Assembly (NCBI RefSeq): GCF_016432865.1
Contig: NC_067401.1
Location: 16,368,001-16,432,000 of the forward strand
Reading direction: 5' to 3'
From: Antechinus flavipes
Lineage: Eukaryota
Length of the DNA stretch: 64,000 nt
Position 1 is the first letter of the stretch. Each line of letters opens with the position of its first letter. Positions 25,871-54,047 of the stretch are shown one piece after another. The position numbers were made by a program, and so were the translations under genes. Under the pieces are notes generated by a model. The model was given only the letters and a program-made list of their open reading frames with translations. It was not told the origin of the DNA and did no database searches.

Positions 25871-26749
25871 ACTATAAATAATGGATCATTGAACATCACC
25901 CAAAAAAGCCCCTGCAGTGCTGACAGCAGCAAGGCGGCCTCCGCTTTCTGACCCTGCCTTTAATTACTCCTCTAGGGACCTGAAAGAGGTTGATTTAGCA
26001 TCCTGCAGCAAAGGCTGCGGCAGATAGAAACCTCTGGGCTGGGGCTCAGCCCAAAGACTGCCCTGACCCACCTGTTTGTCGAAAATAATAATTAAGTCAC
26101 TTTATACTAATATCACATAATAACGATAATTAAATCACTTTATACGATATCATAATAGCTAGCATTTCTATAATGTTCTAAGGTTTGCAAAGCGCTTCGT
26201 GCATCTTACCAAAATGTAATCCTCACTACAAACCAATTTTACAGATGATGAGACCGCACTTAAGTATCTGAGGCAGAATTCAAACTCAGGGCTTCCGTGC
26301 CAGGTCTAGTCCTCTAGTTCGCTACGCTACGCGGGTACCTTTTCTTTCCTTTGCCATTATTCAATTCTTCATTCTAAAAGGGCAGGGATTCTGCTTCCCT
26401 CCTATGTACTTATCACCTATAAGCTCAGCTCTTTCTATCCCACTGATCCTCAGATTGGGAAAGGTTCCCAGCCTCAAACTCTTATAGGGGTTCAAGCCAC
26501 AACTGTTCGGCCCTGGTCACAGATCCCCGGGCCAGCTATCAACAAAGAGGGAGTCTATTTCCACCTGAACTTTTGTTGGGGAATGGGATTGGTAAATCAG
26601 GTTTAAAGTATTCCAAATTTCTGGGGTTGACAGGAACACTCCTATCTATTTTACGATCTATTGGTGGTTGATTTTTTTCTTCCTCTGGTTGGAAATTAGC
26701 TACAGTCAAAGGGAGTCAGCTGGCTTCCTGATAGATGAAGAGCAGGCTG

Positions 26750-26939
26750 NNNNNNNNNNNNNNNNNNNNNNNNNNNNNNNNNNNNNNNNNNNNNNNNNNN
26801 NNNNNNNNNNNNNNNNNNNNNNNNNNNNNNNNNNNNNNNNNNNNNNNNNNNNNNNNNNNNNNNNNNNNNNNNNNNNNNNNNNNNNNNNNNNNNNNNNNNN
26901 NNNNNNNNNNNNNNNNNNNNNNNNNNNNNNNNNNNNNNN
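26750..26939. other. Assembly gap (N)
   Basis: Run of N. Confidence 1.
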
Positions 26940-28218
26940 ATTAACCCGCAAGCATACTCCTTTAATTCTGTGAGGAAGCAGGACCCTTCCAGCCTAGAGG
27001 GAATCACAGCCAAGTTTGGGCCAAGGGAATAGCAGCTGGACAGACTGGTTTAGAATCTAAGCACCAGCTAGGCTGGGAGTGGGGAGCATCTTTCAATCAC
27101 TCTATCAACAAGCAATTTTAAAGTACCCATAATACATCATGCACTATGCTGAGCTCTGAAGATACAAATCCCAAAGTGAAGCCATCTTTTTTTTTTTTTT
27201 TTGCAAACGAAAAGATCCTTAAACAACATCCAAATAAAGTGACAAGCAAAGAATTCCTCCTTTTCCCTCCCTCCCCATAAACACATGGCAGCGAGGTGGT
27301 ACAGTGGAGAGGGCAGAGATCTTGGAGCCTGGAAGCCCTGAGTTCAAATCTAGCTTCAGACACTTACTAGATATGTGACCTTGGTTTCTTCAACTGTAGA
27401 AGGGGATCATAGGATAAAATGAGATATCTGTAGAGTGCTTAGCACAGTGTCTGGCACAGAGACAGTGAATAAATACTTGTTCCCTTCTCTTCCATGCAGG
27501 GGGCACATAGCATCAGTGCGTGAGAGCATATGGTCAGAGAACATATATTCATGAATGTGTGTGTGTGTGTGTGTGTGGGTGTGGGTGTGTAACCCTCCTG
27601 GAATACAGATGGAAGATTCACATTAAGGAAGTCCTTTGATTTGCACACATGTGTAGAGGATATATATATATATATATATGAGACATATGACCCCAGCACA
27701 TACATGAGCAGACCAAGTTGCATTTTAGTGCCGTTAATCAATCTTCTGATGTCATCGGTAACATTGCCTTCTGTCATTCGGTGACGGATGTCAACTCTCT
27801 GCTCTCCACTGGGCTCCTTGTCTCTGCTGAGGGCATCATCTCTGAGCTAGAAGGCACATCTCTGCACTGGGTATCATCAGCATCTCTGAGCTGCTCTCTG
27901 CTATCACTTACTGAGAGTCAGTTCTTCAGGGTCTTTTCCCCATCTATTAAAGTGTAATGGCCGGAAAGTCTCTCCCTGACAAGGGAGTGCTTAACTGCTC
28001 TAGGAGCCCCCACATCTAACTAGAGAGCCAGCAAAGATTGACTGGAATACTTCAGGATGAATAAACCCATTGTTTTAACTTCTCAGGACTCATGTTGATT
28101 TGAAATCATCTTCTACAACTAAAGGTCTTAGAGCTAGGAAATTCTTTGGAACTATCCTTTTAATCCTCATGAGGATTCTATGTCTTTCCGCACTCCCAAT
28201 CCATTTGAGGGATTTTTT

Positions 28219-28850
28219 TTCCCTTAAAGCTTTTTATTTTTCAAAACATCTGCACAGACAATTCTTCAACATTAGCCCTTGTAAAAGCCTGTGTTCCAAT
28301 TCCCCCCACCTTCCCCCACACCCTCCCCTAGATGGCACATAGTCCAATATATGTTAAACACAGTAGGAATATATGTTAAATCCAATATATGCATACATAT
28401 TTATACAATTATTGTGCTGCACAAGAGAAAAAGCAAAATAAAATACAAGCAAACAACAAAAAGAGTGAGAATGCTATGTTGTGGTCCACACTCAGTTCCC
28501 ACAGGCCTCTCTCTGGATGTAGACGGCTCTCTTGAAACTGATCTGAAATATCACATTGTTGAAGAGATCCATGTCCATCAGAATCCATCATCGGATAGTC
28601 TTGTTGTTAACCGTGTACAATGATCTCCTGGTCCTGCTCATTTCACTCAGCATCAGTTCCTGTAGGTCTCTCCAAGTCTCTCTGAAATCCTCCTGCTGGT
28701 CATTTCTTACAGAACAATAATATTCCATAGCATCCATATACCATAATTTATTCAGCCACTCTCCAATTGATGGGCATCCACTCAGTTTCCATTTTCCTGC
28801 TACTGCAAAGAGGGCTGCCACAAACATTTTTGCCCACGTGGGTCCCTTTC
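28219..28850 (-). mobile_element. 5'-truncated L1 (ORF2 C-terminus plus 3' UTR)
   Basis: Translates MFVAALFAVAGKWKLSGCPSIGEWLNKLWYMDAMEYY... (L1 ORF2 C-terminus); TSD TTGAGGGATTTTTT at 28205-28218 and 28851-28864. Confidence 0.92.
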
Positions 28851-29287
28851 TTGAGGGATTTTTTAAACACAGAAGCACCATCTAGAGACTGCAGCAATGA
28901 AGGTCCCTTCACTCTCCAAATCCTCTCTGAAGAGGAATAAAAACAAGTGAAAATTGAAGAACTCCATTTCTTCTTCCCTTCATGACTCAACATCTCACAT
29001 TTCTGTCCATATTATGTATATTTGTCAACAACAAAGAAACCTTGTCTTGTATTCTAAATAGAAACACTTATTTTCTTTTCCACAGAGTCTACCACTTGGT
29101 CATATGCCATAGTATTGTTCTCCCATTGTTTCTAAGGTGTGACTCTTGTCTCCCAGATTATGCACTCCTCAATGGCAGGGATTATGTTGTACTTCCCATG
29201 ACAGCTAGCACAAGGCTGGGCACAAATCAAGGGAGAGGGAGGGAAAAGGGTGTTAACCTGTTTTCTTTGGGTTTTCCCCCCACACCC

Positions 29288-29394
29288 GAGGCAATTGGGG
29301 TTAAGTGACTTGCCCAGGGTCACACAGCTAGGAAGTGTCTGAGACCAGATTTGAACTCAGGTCCTCCTGACTTCAGGGCTGGTGCTCTCTCCAC
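29288..29394 (-). mobile_element. WSINE1-like short SINE
   Basis: GAGGCAATTGGGGTTAAGTGACTTGCCCAGGGTCACACAGCTAGGAAGTGTCTGAGACCAGATTTGAACTCAGG. Confidence 0.8.
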
Positions 29395-32300
29395 CTCGTT
29401 TTCTGACATCTAGAGAGCCAAAAAAATGAAAACTGCATCCTTCCTCTCTCCAAATAGCAGGATGCTATTTATAGCTAATACCACTCCAAAGGGGCCAGGC
29501 TCCCCATTAACTCATCCTGTGACCCCTCTGGAGCCCTGACTTCCTTCTCTGGGTCTCCGTTTTCCCACTTGTAAAATGAAAACAATTATTCCTCGCGCTT
29601 GCTACTTCCCCTTGAGAACTAGAAGATGACGGAAACAAAGGGAATATGAAATCCCTTGCCTAAGTCTTCCCACTCTAAAGGGTTCATGGAAATGTCACCT
29701 AGGCCGAATTTTTATTCGGGGTGAACTGAGCAGACCCAGAGCCTGCCTGATTGGGAGAGGGGGGGGGGCAGAGATACTCAGGTTAGGGACCAGGAACTGG
29801 GAGATCAAAGAACTCTGAGGCATCTAGAGCAACCTCTTCATTTGACAGGCAAGGACGTTGTTAAGTGATTGTTCAGGATCAATAGGAAGCATCAGAGCTG
29901 GAATTTGAACACAGGTCTTCCGTGCCACCAATTGGAGATGCAATTGAGCCACTGAACCTGGCAGGAGACACGGTCCCGGAAGGGATCACCCTCAGTTTGG
30001 GGACAGATGCCAGGCCGGTCTGCTCATTATAGCAGATTGTCATAATGGGGCTCTTCTCTGGACAACAAGGAGCGCCATCACTGATTGGGGCAGTGTCAGC
30101 GGGAGCAGCCCTGTAGAAATGCACTTTCTGTTAGGCAAACCGATCCCATTAGAATGTTCCTTGGGATGTGGCCAGGGAGGGGGCCCTTCCAAAGCTTGAC
30201 CAGGTTTTCTCTGAGCTCGGGGGCTCATTAGACTGCAGCAGCTCACTGACTGGTCCCCTGAAGAGACAGGAGAATTTCTAATAACTCCCCTTTCCTCTCA
30301 GGAGGGCAGCCCCCCATTCCCTGGTTAACCTAATTACATGGGGCTCGAGCCTGGGATGAAAGCTATTCTCCAGCCAGGCTGGAAGAATATTAAATCTGCA
30401 GGAGGCCAGAGGGAGATGAGGGTGGCGAAGTTATTTTTAGACAATGAGGCCATGGCTGCTGGTGGTGTTTTGAAGTCTAGCTCTCGGGCTGCTGGGAGGG
30501 AGGCGGCGCAGGAGAAGCTTTAAAAGGGAGGGAGACTTGGAAGGGGAACCATGCCGGCCAGTACTGCCCCCCAAGCAGACACGGTCCGGGAACAAAGGAG
30601 GTGGAAGAGAGAAAACGGTTCTTTGCTGGATTCTTCTAGGTGAGGGGAGGTCTCACTGCCATGTCTTCCTCTGCTCTCTGATTCCTCCTCCCAAAAAAGG
30701 TGGCTAGAGCCCCCAACCCGACCGGAGATCCCATGGCAGACCTTGGCACCTGTGGGCTGTGATGGAGGCAAATCACGCCCCATCTCAAAGTCAAGGCTGT
30801 TAACCTTAGTTTCCTTTCTCTCCATCCCTTTTCTCCCATCCCATCCCTTACACACATTAACAGGAAGATACAAGGGAGAAAAAGTCAGATTCTCAAAAGC
30901 TTAGTACAGTGGGGATGGTTCTGGGAGCATCAGATCCAAGTTCAAATCTCACTTCTGAAACTCCCCGAGACAATCTCCCTGAACCTCAGTTTCCCCCTTT
31001 GTAAAACGAGGAGGTTGGACAAGATGCCCCTCGAGGTCCTTTCCAGCTCTCCACCTGATTCTCTCTCACAAGGTGGAGGAACAGTTTGTCAGACGCAGTG
31101 ACTTTTTCTGAGCAGTCCATCGCCTGTTTACCTTTCCCTCTGTCCCTATTGTTCTCAATAGGACAGGACGGGCTCCTTTCCCATAAGGAGGGGAATTCAG
31201 GGGTGGAAGGGAAAGAGCAAGGGAAGCATTTATGAAACACCTACTAGGTGCTGGCACTACGTGAGATCCAAAGTTCCTCGCTGTTCCATTGTGAGGAGCA
31301 AGCCCTCATCCAATCAAATACAAATTAGACACAAATTGACCGGGGCTGGGAAAAGCTCGAAAATGAAAAACAAATTAAGAGTCCAACAGGGAAGTGAAGA
31401 ACGGTGATGGGATCGATGCTTCATTTCTGCTGAGCTCACATTTTCAGATTTGAGTAGAGAGTGAAAGCAGATAGACCCAGTGCTGGGCGAGGAAAACCAT
31501 TAAGTGAGCTGACCGGAACAGAGGAGAGGGAGTCAAAAGTCCTGGTTTCAAATCCTATTTCTAATGATTTACCTGACCCCTCCCTGCCTCCGTTTCCACT
31601 CTTAGAGGTTTCTCTGAGAGCCTCACCTGGGGAGGGAGGGAGCGTTCTCCCCTTTCCCTTTCTCTTGCCCTCTAGTCTGTCTCCCAGTCACCCCTTCTCC
31701 CAAGCAACTCTCTTGTCCCGGAGGATGGACAGCACAGAGCTCCCATCCCCGATGGCTGTCCCTGGATCTCTCTCCAGGCTTCCTGGGCCAAACCACAGTT
31801 ACTGCCCCGACCTGGCTGGGAGGCAGGCGGGAGGGGCCGGGGTTCCTGCGTGTTCCATGGGCAGGGAACCTAACCCAGTCATATCCTTGGGCCCAGCGTC
31901 TACAGCAGCTCAAGAGCTGGAGCCACTGGGGACCCCAGTCAGCTAATCCAACTTCAGGAAACTGAGGTAAACAGGGTGAGGTGACTAGCCCAGGGTCACA
32001 GCTAGTAGTGTCTGAGGCTGGTTTTCTACCCAGCTCTTCTCGACTCCAGCATCCCTAATCTACATCAATGGGGGTACTCTCTTCATCTCTCTCCTTCCCT
32101 CCCCGCAGAGGCCATTGCTGTAGGAGAAAAGGCCAGGTTGGCGTGGGGAACGACTATTTCAAACCCAGACTGCCACATTCTAGGGGAAAGTTAGACGGCA
32201 CTTAAATTCTCCGCCCCAGGTGACTCCGTAAGACAGTTTTGGGGAACAGCAAGATCGTGTGATGATCAATTTAGTTCCTCTCAGTGATACCGTGATCCAA

Positions 32301-33640
32301 GCCACTTCCCATAGACTTGGGACGGAAAATGGCATCCGCATTCAGAGAAAGAACTATGGTGACCGAACGTGGATCGAAGCACACGCTTTTCGCCTTCCTT
32401 TTGTTTTATTCTTTTTCATGAATTTTCCCTTTTAATTTTCCTTTTCCAACATGACCCAGATGGAAATGTTAAAAATGATCACACGTGTGTAACCTACATC
32501 AGGTTGCTTGCTGGAAAAAAAAAATTGGAACTGAAAATCTTACAAAAATGAGCCATTTTCACATTAATTGAAAATTAATATACTACTAAAAAAAAAAATC
32601 TAAAGTTGCAGGTGAGTTGCTGATCTGCCTGGGGCAGAGGGGAGAGGATAATCCACACTCAGAGTTCCTGAAACTGATTGATTTGTCACACGGGTAGTAC
32701 AAATATTGTTGCCATTTTACAGATAAGGAAACTGAGGTGCAGAGAAGTGATTTGTCCAAGGTGATACAGTGAGGAGGAAGTCCCTGGATCCCACTCTGGG
32801 GTTTTTTCCACTGTGCTCCATTTGAAAGGACTGAGAAGAGACCTCTCTCCAAAGCAAGCGTGGGACCCTCCAAAAACGGAGACGGAGGAAGCCTCTCAAA
32901 AGGCCGGCCAGGCGGCCATTGTCTAGGCTGGAAGGGAGGCTGCAGCCCCTCTCTATTGTTCCCTGCCAGCTGTCCTCCCCCGCAGGCCCAGGCTGGAGGA
33001 CGTGACTGAATCTCGGCTGCTTTCTGCCCTAGGCTGGCCAGGCCACTACTAATGAGGGGGCAGGAAGGGCAGGGACCCCGGGGACTCTGGGAAGGCACTC
33101 GGACTCTTTGCTGGAGTTCAGCATCAGCCCCGAGCTCTGGGAACAGGGGGAGGGGGAGTACAAGCCAGCCGAGAGAGCTCGTAAGTGGGTTAATTAAGGA
33201 GAACCTTCTGGGGCCCTCAGTAATTAGTAATGGGAACCATCCTGAAAACCCACATCTGGAGCCCAGAGAAGAGCATAGGACCAGAGTGGGGCCTGCGGGC
33301 GGAGGCTGCATCCAGGACCCGCCTGGAGGGGCTCGAATCCAGCCCCCCTCAGGAAAGCTAGGTAAGTCAGGTCAGCCATGGACCCATTGCCTGCCTCCCT
33401 GTGATCACGTCAGGGAAGTCACCCCCACCCCCACCTTAGCACTGGCAGGCCCATTTGCCCCTAAGTTTGGAATGAATCCATCATCCTACTGAGCCAAAGG
33501 CTGAGGCTGGCAATTCCCTCATTGGAGAAATGGGCTTTGTTTTTTTTCTTTTTTGGGGGTGGGGAGAGGATCTGATTAACCATATGCTTTATCTTTCTTT
33601 CTCGTTTTCTCCCTCTTTTTTCGTTCTTTCTAGATATCCA

Positions 33641-33781
33641 TTTTTGGTGAGGAAATTGGGGTTAAGTGACTTGTCCAGGGTCGCACAGCTAGTACACGTC
33701 AAATACCTGAGGCTGGATTTGAACTCAGTTCCTCCCGACTCCATAGCCAGCACTCCACCCACTGTGCCACCTGGCTGCCCC
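33641..33781 (-). mobile_element. WSINE1-like short SINE
   Basis: GAGGAAATTGGGGTTAAGTGACTTG...GTGCCACCTGGCTGCCCC. Many further MIR/CORE-SINE fragments occur across the window and are not listed. Confidence 0.75.
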
Positions 33782-36700
33782 GTGACCATATGCTTTAAAA
33801 ATTACGTTGCCAGCCTAGCCTTCTGATGTCCAATGGTCCTATAGCTCTTGTTGCCCTTGAAAAAGACTAGGGATATTAATAATGTTAATAGAACACCTAC
33901 TATGTGCTAGGTCCTTTACAAAGATTATCCCATCTGTCACCGAGACAGGTGCTATTAGTATCTCTATTTATAGTTGAGGCAACTGAAGTAAGCAGCGATT
34001 AAGTGACCTGCCGAGATCGGAGTTAGTAAGCATCCCAGGATCATGGCTCTAGAGCTAAAAGGGATTTTAGAATTATTTTCTTTTACACAAAACTAATTTG
34101 GAAAAATGTTTCATATGATTGAACACGTATTATTTATTAACAGATTGTTTATCATCTTGGGGAGGGGAGAGGGAGGGAAAAAGGAAAAAGAATTAGAATT
34201 CAAAATCTTATAATAACTTGTATAGGACTGCTTGCCATCCGGGGGAGGGGGTGAAGGGAGGGAGGGGAAAAGAAAAAAAAAAAAAAAACAACTCCTAGTG
34301 TCTGGTACACATCTTAATAAATGCCTTTGGAATAATTGAAGCAAGAAAAAAAAATTACCAAACTAATAAATGAGGAGAATCCTGTAGATTTAAAAAAAAA
34401 AAACTTATAATAAATGTTGTGGGGGAAAAAATCTTTCAAAAAGGAAAAGAATAAAAAAGAAAACTGAGGTCCAGGAAGGTTAAGTGCCTTGAAGGGGGAT
34501 GGAGGAGGGAGGGAGGAGGATGGACGGAGCTCACCAAGGTAGCAAGGATCAGAATTTGAACCCAGGACCTATGCACGTCCCATTCTCCTATCTCCATGGG
34601 CATCCTGGCTTTCCCAAATCCGGCTCCTTAACGGATTCACCCCCAGTTTCTAGGCTCCCTGACTAGGCCATTCCCTCCTTCCCTCCGTGAAAGAGAACCC
34701 AGCTTGACTTAGACTAATGTTTCCCTGGCTCCTTCTCCTCCAGCCACAAGCCTTCAGCACCCTCTCCTGGCCCCTCGAGGTGTCGCCGGGAGACACTTGG
34801 CAGCTGTGAAAGAAAAGGCCTTTTCAGGACCTGATAACCGGGGTCTTTGTGTCACCGATAACTGCTCTGGGTCCTCGCCAAGCTAAAAACCGCTCGCCCC
34901 CTGCCCTCATCTCCGCAGAAAGGGACTCGATTCCCTCCATGCCTTCTCATTAGCCAACTTGGCTACGCCCGTGTCCAGCACTGAAGCTGCAATTATTTTG
35001 CAGGACACACTGTTTCACCAGCTAATTCCCCTGATGGCCAGAAAGCCATTTCGGCAACGTTTCCGCGGTGATCCTCGGCTTTGTTCCCTGCCAGCAGGAC
35101 CCATTGTACACACGGCTTCCTCCTGATTTTTCCTAGCAAGGTTCACGGGTCATTGGTCTCAAGTCACAATGGGAGGAAATTCAACCCAACTGGTCTGGGA
35201 TCCCTCCCAGAAGAAGGCGGAGGCTGTAGTTAGTTTGGGGGGGGGGCCTGGAAAAGGTAGTGGGGGCTGGAGAGTTTGGGGATCATAGCTGGGGATGGAA
35301 AGAGCAGAGGTTTATTTCTTTTAAGGAGATAACTCACCTACGGCCTTCCGAGCTTTGTGGAAATGGAGGCCAGGACATACCTGGAGGCTCCCCCACCTTT
35401 TTACGCCTCCGGCCTCTAAAATGCTTTGGACTCTTTAACCAGGACTACTCCGGCATCTCTTAACTGATCACCGCTCCTCATTCACCTCCTTGGGCACCCT
35501 CCCCATCCCTGCCTGATTAATCATCCCAATGCACAGCTGTGAATGTCGTTCTCTTCTCAAAATGGGGGCCTGTAATGGGAAGGATGTAGCGGGCCGTTCG
35601 AGGCTCTCTCCCCACGTTGTATGAGTGCGGCAGTCTCTGAAGAAGTAGGAATCAGGACCAGTCGGAGGGATGGAGAGACCCCGGCGGGGTGTGAGAGAGG
35701 GAGCGCCAGAGCCGACTAGAAAAGCATCGTCGCACGCTTCAGCATGAGCCTTTAGACTTGAGAAGTCGGCAAACGCTACACGTCGGAATCTGAGCCGCTG
35801 TTTTCTTGGTTGTCCAGGTTTAGATGGAGAAAACCTTCATCGTGTCCATTAAACTTAGAAGGGTGTCCCGGGACAGTTCTTGGGAAAAGCGATTTATCAG
35901 CACACCCCAGGAAAGCCGCCTGCCACATTCTAACAAAGATTAAGCACAACCAGAGTAAAAGATGCTACCAAATGAATGAATAAACGAGTAGGTGAATAAA
36001 TGAATGAAAGTGCATTTAATGAGCCCTTACTATGTCCCAGGGTCTGTGCTATGTACTGGAGATACAAAGTGAAGCCGCTTCGGACCTCAGAACACTTAAA
36101 ATCTGATCATGTGGAGGAGGTGATGGCCAGGGCAGGGAGTTTGGGTCTGGAAAGGCATAAAGCTGATGAGTGGGAAGATCGTTCTTATTATTATATTATA
36201 TAATAACAATATTTAGGCATTACCCCCATTCGGGGGCAGCTGGCTGGCACAGTGAATAGAACACTGGGCAAACTTGGCCTTGAATCTGGCTTCAGACACT
36301 AGCTGAGTGATCCTGTGCAAGTCACTTCACTCTGCCTCAGTTCACTCATCTGTAAAAGGAGATAAAGGAGCAGCAAACCTCAGTTCCAGCCCCACCTGTA
36401 GAATGAGGAGCTTGGACTGAATGCTTTTAAGGTCCCTTCCAGCTCTAAATCTATGATCCTGTCAGGGAAAGTGGAGGGGTGGGGGCTGGGGATCCGTGGC
36501 AGGTGGACCGACTGCTTGGCGAGAGCACGAAGGAAACGATGGACAGCCCTCGGGCCCCAGACTGCAATCTCTCCCCACACCCATTTGGGTGGGTATGACT
36601 ACTCTGGTCCTGACTTGATTTACCAGGCTCATTTCCCACTAATCCCCCAAGTCAGCCGGGATGATTTGTCCATCAGCAGCAGGTGGCAGCCTCATTTTCA

Positions 36701-39569
36701 AAACTCGGGGCAAAGGCCAAAGCCAGGCCCGTTACCCCAAAGCTGCTTTGTGCTTCTGTTTTGTCTTTAATGATCTTCTCCAGGAGGGACCTTTTCCTCC
36801 CTCGTCTTCCCCGACACCCCTTAGCTCTGTTTCTGCCTCTCCTCTGCCGGCCTTCCCTCTGGGCAGCCCGTAAGGTGCGCTGACGTCTCCGGTGGAGAAG
36901 CTCCCCGCGGAAGCCCCACACGTGCCGTTCAGCAGATGAGTTGAACGAATTGTCCCTCTCTTCCTCAGTGGGATCACCTTCCTCCCCTGCTCTGCAAATG
37001 GGACGACCACCTGTCCGTCCCCCAGCTCTGCACTGTGTCCCCCATTTTTCACAGGGATTTAGGGCTTGCTGATGTCACACTCCACCCAAGCTAACAGAGG
37101 CCGGCTTTGGACCGGTCACCTTCTGTGTCTGAGATCAGCCTAAGAGCAGACAAGAGGGGTTACCAGAAAGGCTTGGGGTGGGGGTGGGGGATGACTGGTG
37201 TGGCTATTTAGTTTTTTCCACCCAAAATGGCTCAACACGGACAGTGAAGAAAGTTGTGATATCAACGAGGAAATCACAGGCTCTTATTACACACAATTCC
37301 CCTTCACAGTCCTGGCAGCGCAGCCCAACTGGCTGAAGCCATCTTGGCTTTCTAGCCCATTTATCCACCCAACTTTCCCTTCCTGGTTTATGTGGGTGCA
37401 GATCGTCCCCCTTGCCTAAAACATATCCTTCACCAGCTTCTCACAGCCTCTCATGTACCCGACTGTTTAAGCATTTCCTTCTTTATTGGATAGCTTGTCC
37501 CACTTGACTGGAATATTGGGGAATAGTGGGAACACAGACTGGCAGGAAAGGACAAGTGTTTTCTGATCCCCCCAGCTGCCCGTGCCCCCTCCCCCAAACC
37601 TTACCTTGCCTGTCTTCTGCTTGCACGTGTCCACACCAGCTCCCCGCAAGAACGCCGAGGGCACCGTCTGTGTCCCCGACACTCGGCGGGTGCTTAGGAC
37701 TTGCTTGACTAATTCTGAGGATCAGGAAGACCTACATGAAAAGAACTTCAGTCCTCCCTTCTTTCCCGGGGCCTCATCATCAAAGGAATTTTTATCCTAA
37801 GCCCCATTAGTGTCAGAAAATCCCTTCTTTGAGAGCCAGATCGGAATATTAAATTCTTCCTTTCTTTCTGGAGGCAGCAGTGGAAAGCTCCCGTTATGAT
37901 GGAGGCTCAGGACTGGCGGAGCTTAATCCTTCCGCCTCCCTCGCCAATGGGCTCCCACGTTCTCTTCATATGCCGGGGGCCCTCGGTCACAAACTAATTA
38001 GATTGAGATGGAATGGGAGGCCAGCCGACATGCTCCTGTGGAACCGAACACTACTTCCACATCGAGGTTTCTCTCTCTCCTCCACCTGCAGCTAAAGAAA
38101 GCAATCCAGGGCTGCCAGAGCGTGGTTACTGCCGGTGAACGCCCGAGGCAGCAGCGGCTACCAGGGAGCAGAAATGAGTCTGGGGCAGCGGAGGAGGGAA
38201 GGAAACTTCATCCCAGCAACAGCCCTGCAGTCTCATCTACTGAGAATGGGGACCAGCAGCTGAGAGCAGCCTTTCCCGCCTCCTTGGATGAGGAAGACAC
38301 CCCCAGGTTGGAAAACCACAACCTAATCAACTCTACCACTGATCCTGGACAGGGAGCGTCCCGTGGGGTCCTGTTTACCATCTGTCCATAACTTTCCTCA
38401 CCGAGGTGCTCCTCCCGCCAGTTCTGTGACAACGGAGGTTTTCTGAGAGCAGCAACTTTCTTAGCTTCTCAATTTTTATCCCCAGTGCTTAGAACCCCAA
38501 GAGTGAAACCTGGAAGGTATAAAATATTAACTGATTTTTGTCATAACCTAGGGTCTTCTCTGAATCACGGACAAATTCTCATTATCACTTAGAATGTAAG
38601 CTTCCTGGGAACAGGAATTATCTTTTTCTATTTGTGCAATAAGTGTTTAATAAATGTATTTTTAATATTCATTCAAAAAACATAGGCTTGAGGGAAATCA
38701 ATTATGCTGGGATAAAGTATTTAAAAAAACAAGTACACTGACTCCTAGCTAAGAGTCTGTTGTCTACACTGACCCCTTCATGTTAATAGATGAGGAAACT
38801 AAGATCCAGAAAAATAATTCAGAAAGACAACAGAATTAAGGCTACAGAATGATACAGAACCACAGAATTCGGGATGGTGAAGGGACCTTGGAGCAGTTGC
38901 TCTCTTCTGTCAGACCCATAGGCCTTGGCCAGAGGTGCCGTTCTTAGCCTCAGGTTACAGTAACACCATGGCCATTTCCCTTCCCTCTGTAGCATCACAG
39001 AGTGATGCTCACTGCCACCCTCCCTGACCATCACCATGGCCCGTGGGGGCTCACAAAGAGCGGCTCCTCAGGACCCCAGGCCTTTCCATTCTCCTTAGAT
39101 CTAGCTAAGAGGGGCAGCGCTGACATCCTGATTTCAAGGTCAGTTCCTGGACTGTGGAAGTCTCTGTGGCGCATTCTCAGGGATGCTGTACCAAGGACCA
39201 TCAGGAAAGCATCAGTTTGGGAAGAATCGGATCGGCCCCAGGAGAACAGAAGGCGGCACAGCAGGTATACGAGCACTCGCTTCCAATGCTGCCCCACCAG
39301 ACCCAGTCCCCCGTGACCAGCGCAAGAGGTGGGCTGACTGTCGCCCCAGGGAGGAGTGAAATGGGAGCCTGTGGTACTTATGAAGAAGCCCCCACAGGAT
39401 GCTCACCCTCCAAGGATCAACGGCTAGAAGAGGGCCACCAGTCCCACCCCCACTCCGATGAGCTTCTTGAGAAGGGCACCAGGATGTCTGAATCCCGAGT
39501 GGATCTCGGGGACAGGGGCAGAGCAAAGAAGGCTCAGAGAAGGAACCACAGGGGAAAAAAGATGGCTGC

Positions 39570-39575
39570 TTTATT
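39570..39575 (-). terminator. Probable MDH2 polyadenylation signal AATAAA (a variant ATTAAA lies at 39673-39678)
   Basis: tttatt on the plus strand, about 145 nt past the stop codon. Confidence 0.65.
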
Positions 39576-39719
39576 GATGTGCCAAAATACCAATCGACAA
39601 AATTCCTTAATACAATCGCTCTCCTCGGAGAAGATGCATTGCTTAAGAAACAACTTTCAAGTGACATGATGCTTTAATAAATTAAGGAAATGGATTCCTC
39701 TTTTCACAGGACCATTTTC

Positions 39720-54047
<14,328 letters not shown>

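Noticed and set aside
32586-33492. 241-aa and 146-aa ORFs
   Set aside because: Run through a MIR fragment and GC-rich sequence; no homology recognised and no splice support
1-39500. SRRM3 coding exons expected from synteny
   Set aside because: No minus-strand match to MSSTVNNG or the cwf21-like HERKRRVELK segment found; the coding part is presumably left of the window
39154-39669. 171-aa plus-strand ORF convergent with the MDH2 3' UTR
   Set aside because: No recognisable domain, overlapping ORFs on both strands, typical of GC-rich non-coding DNA
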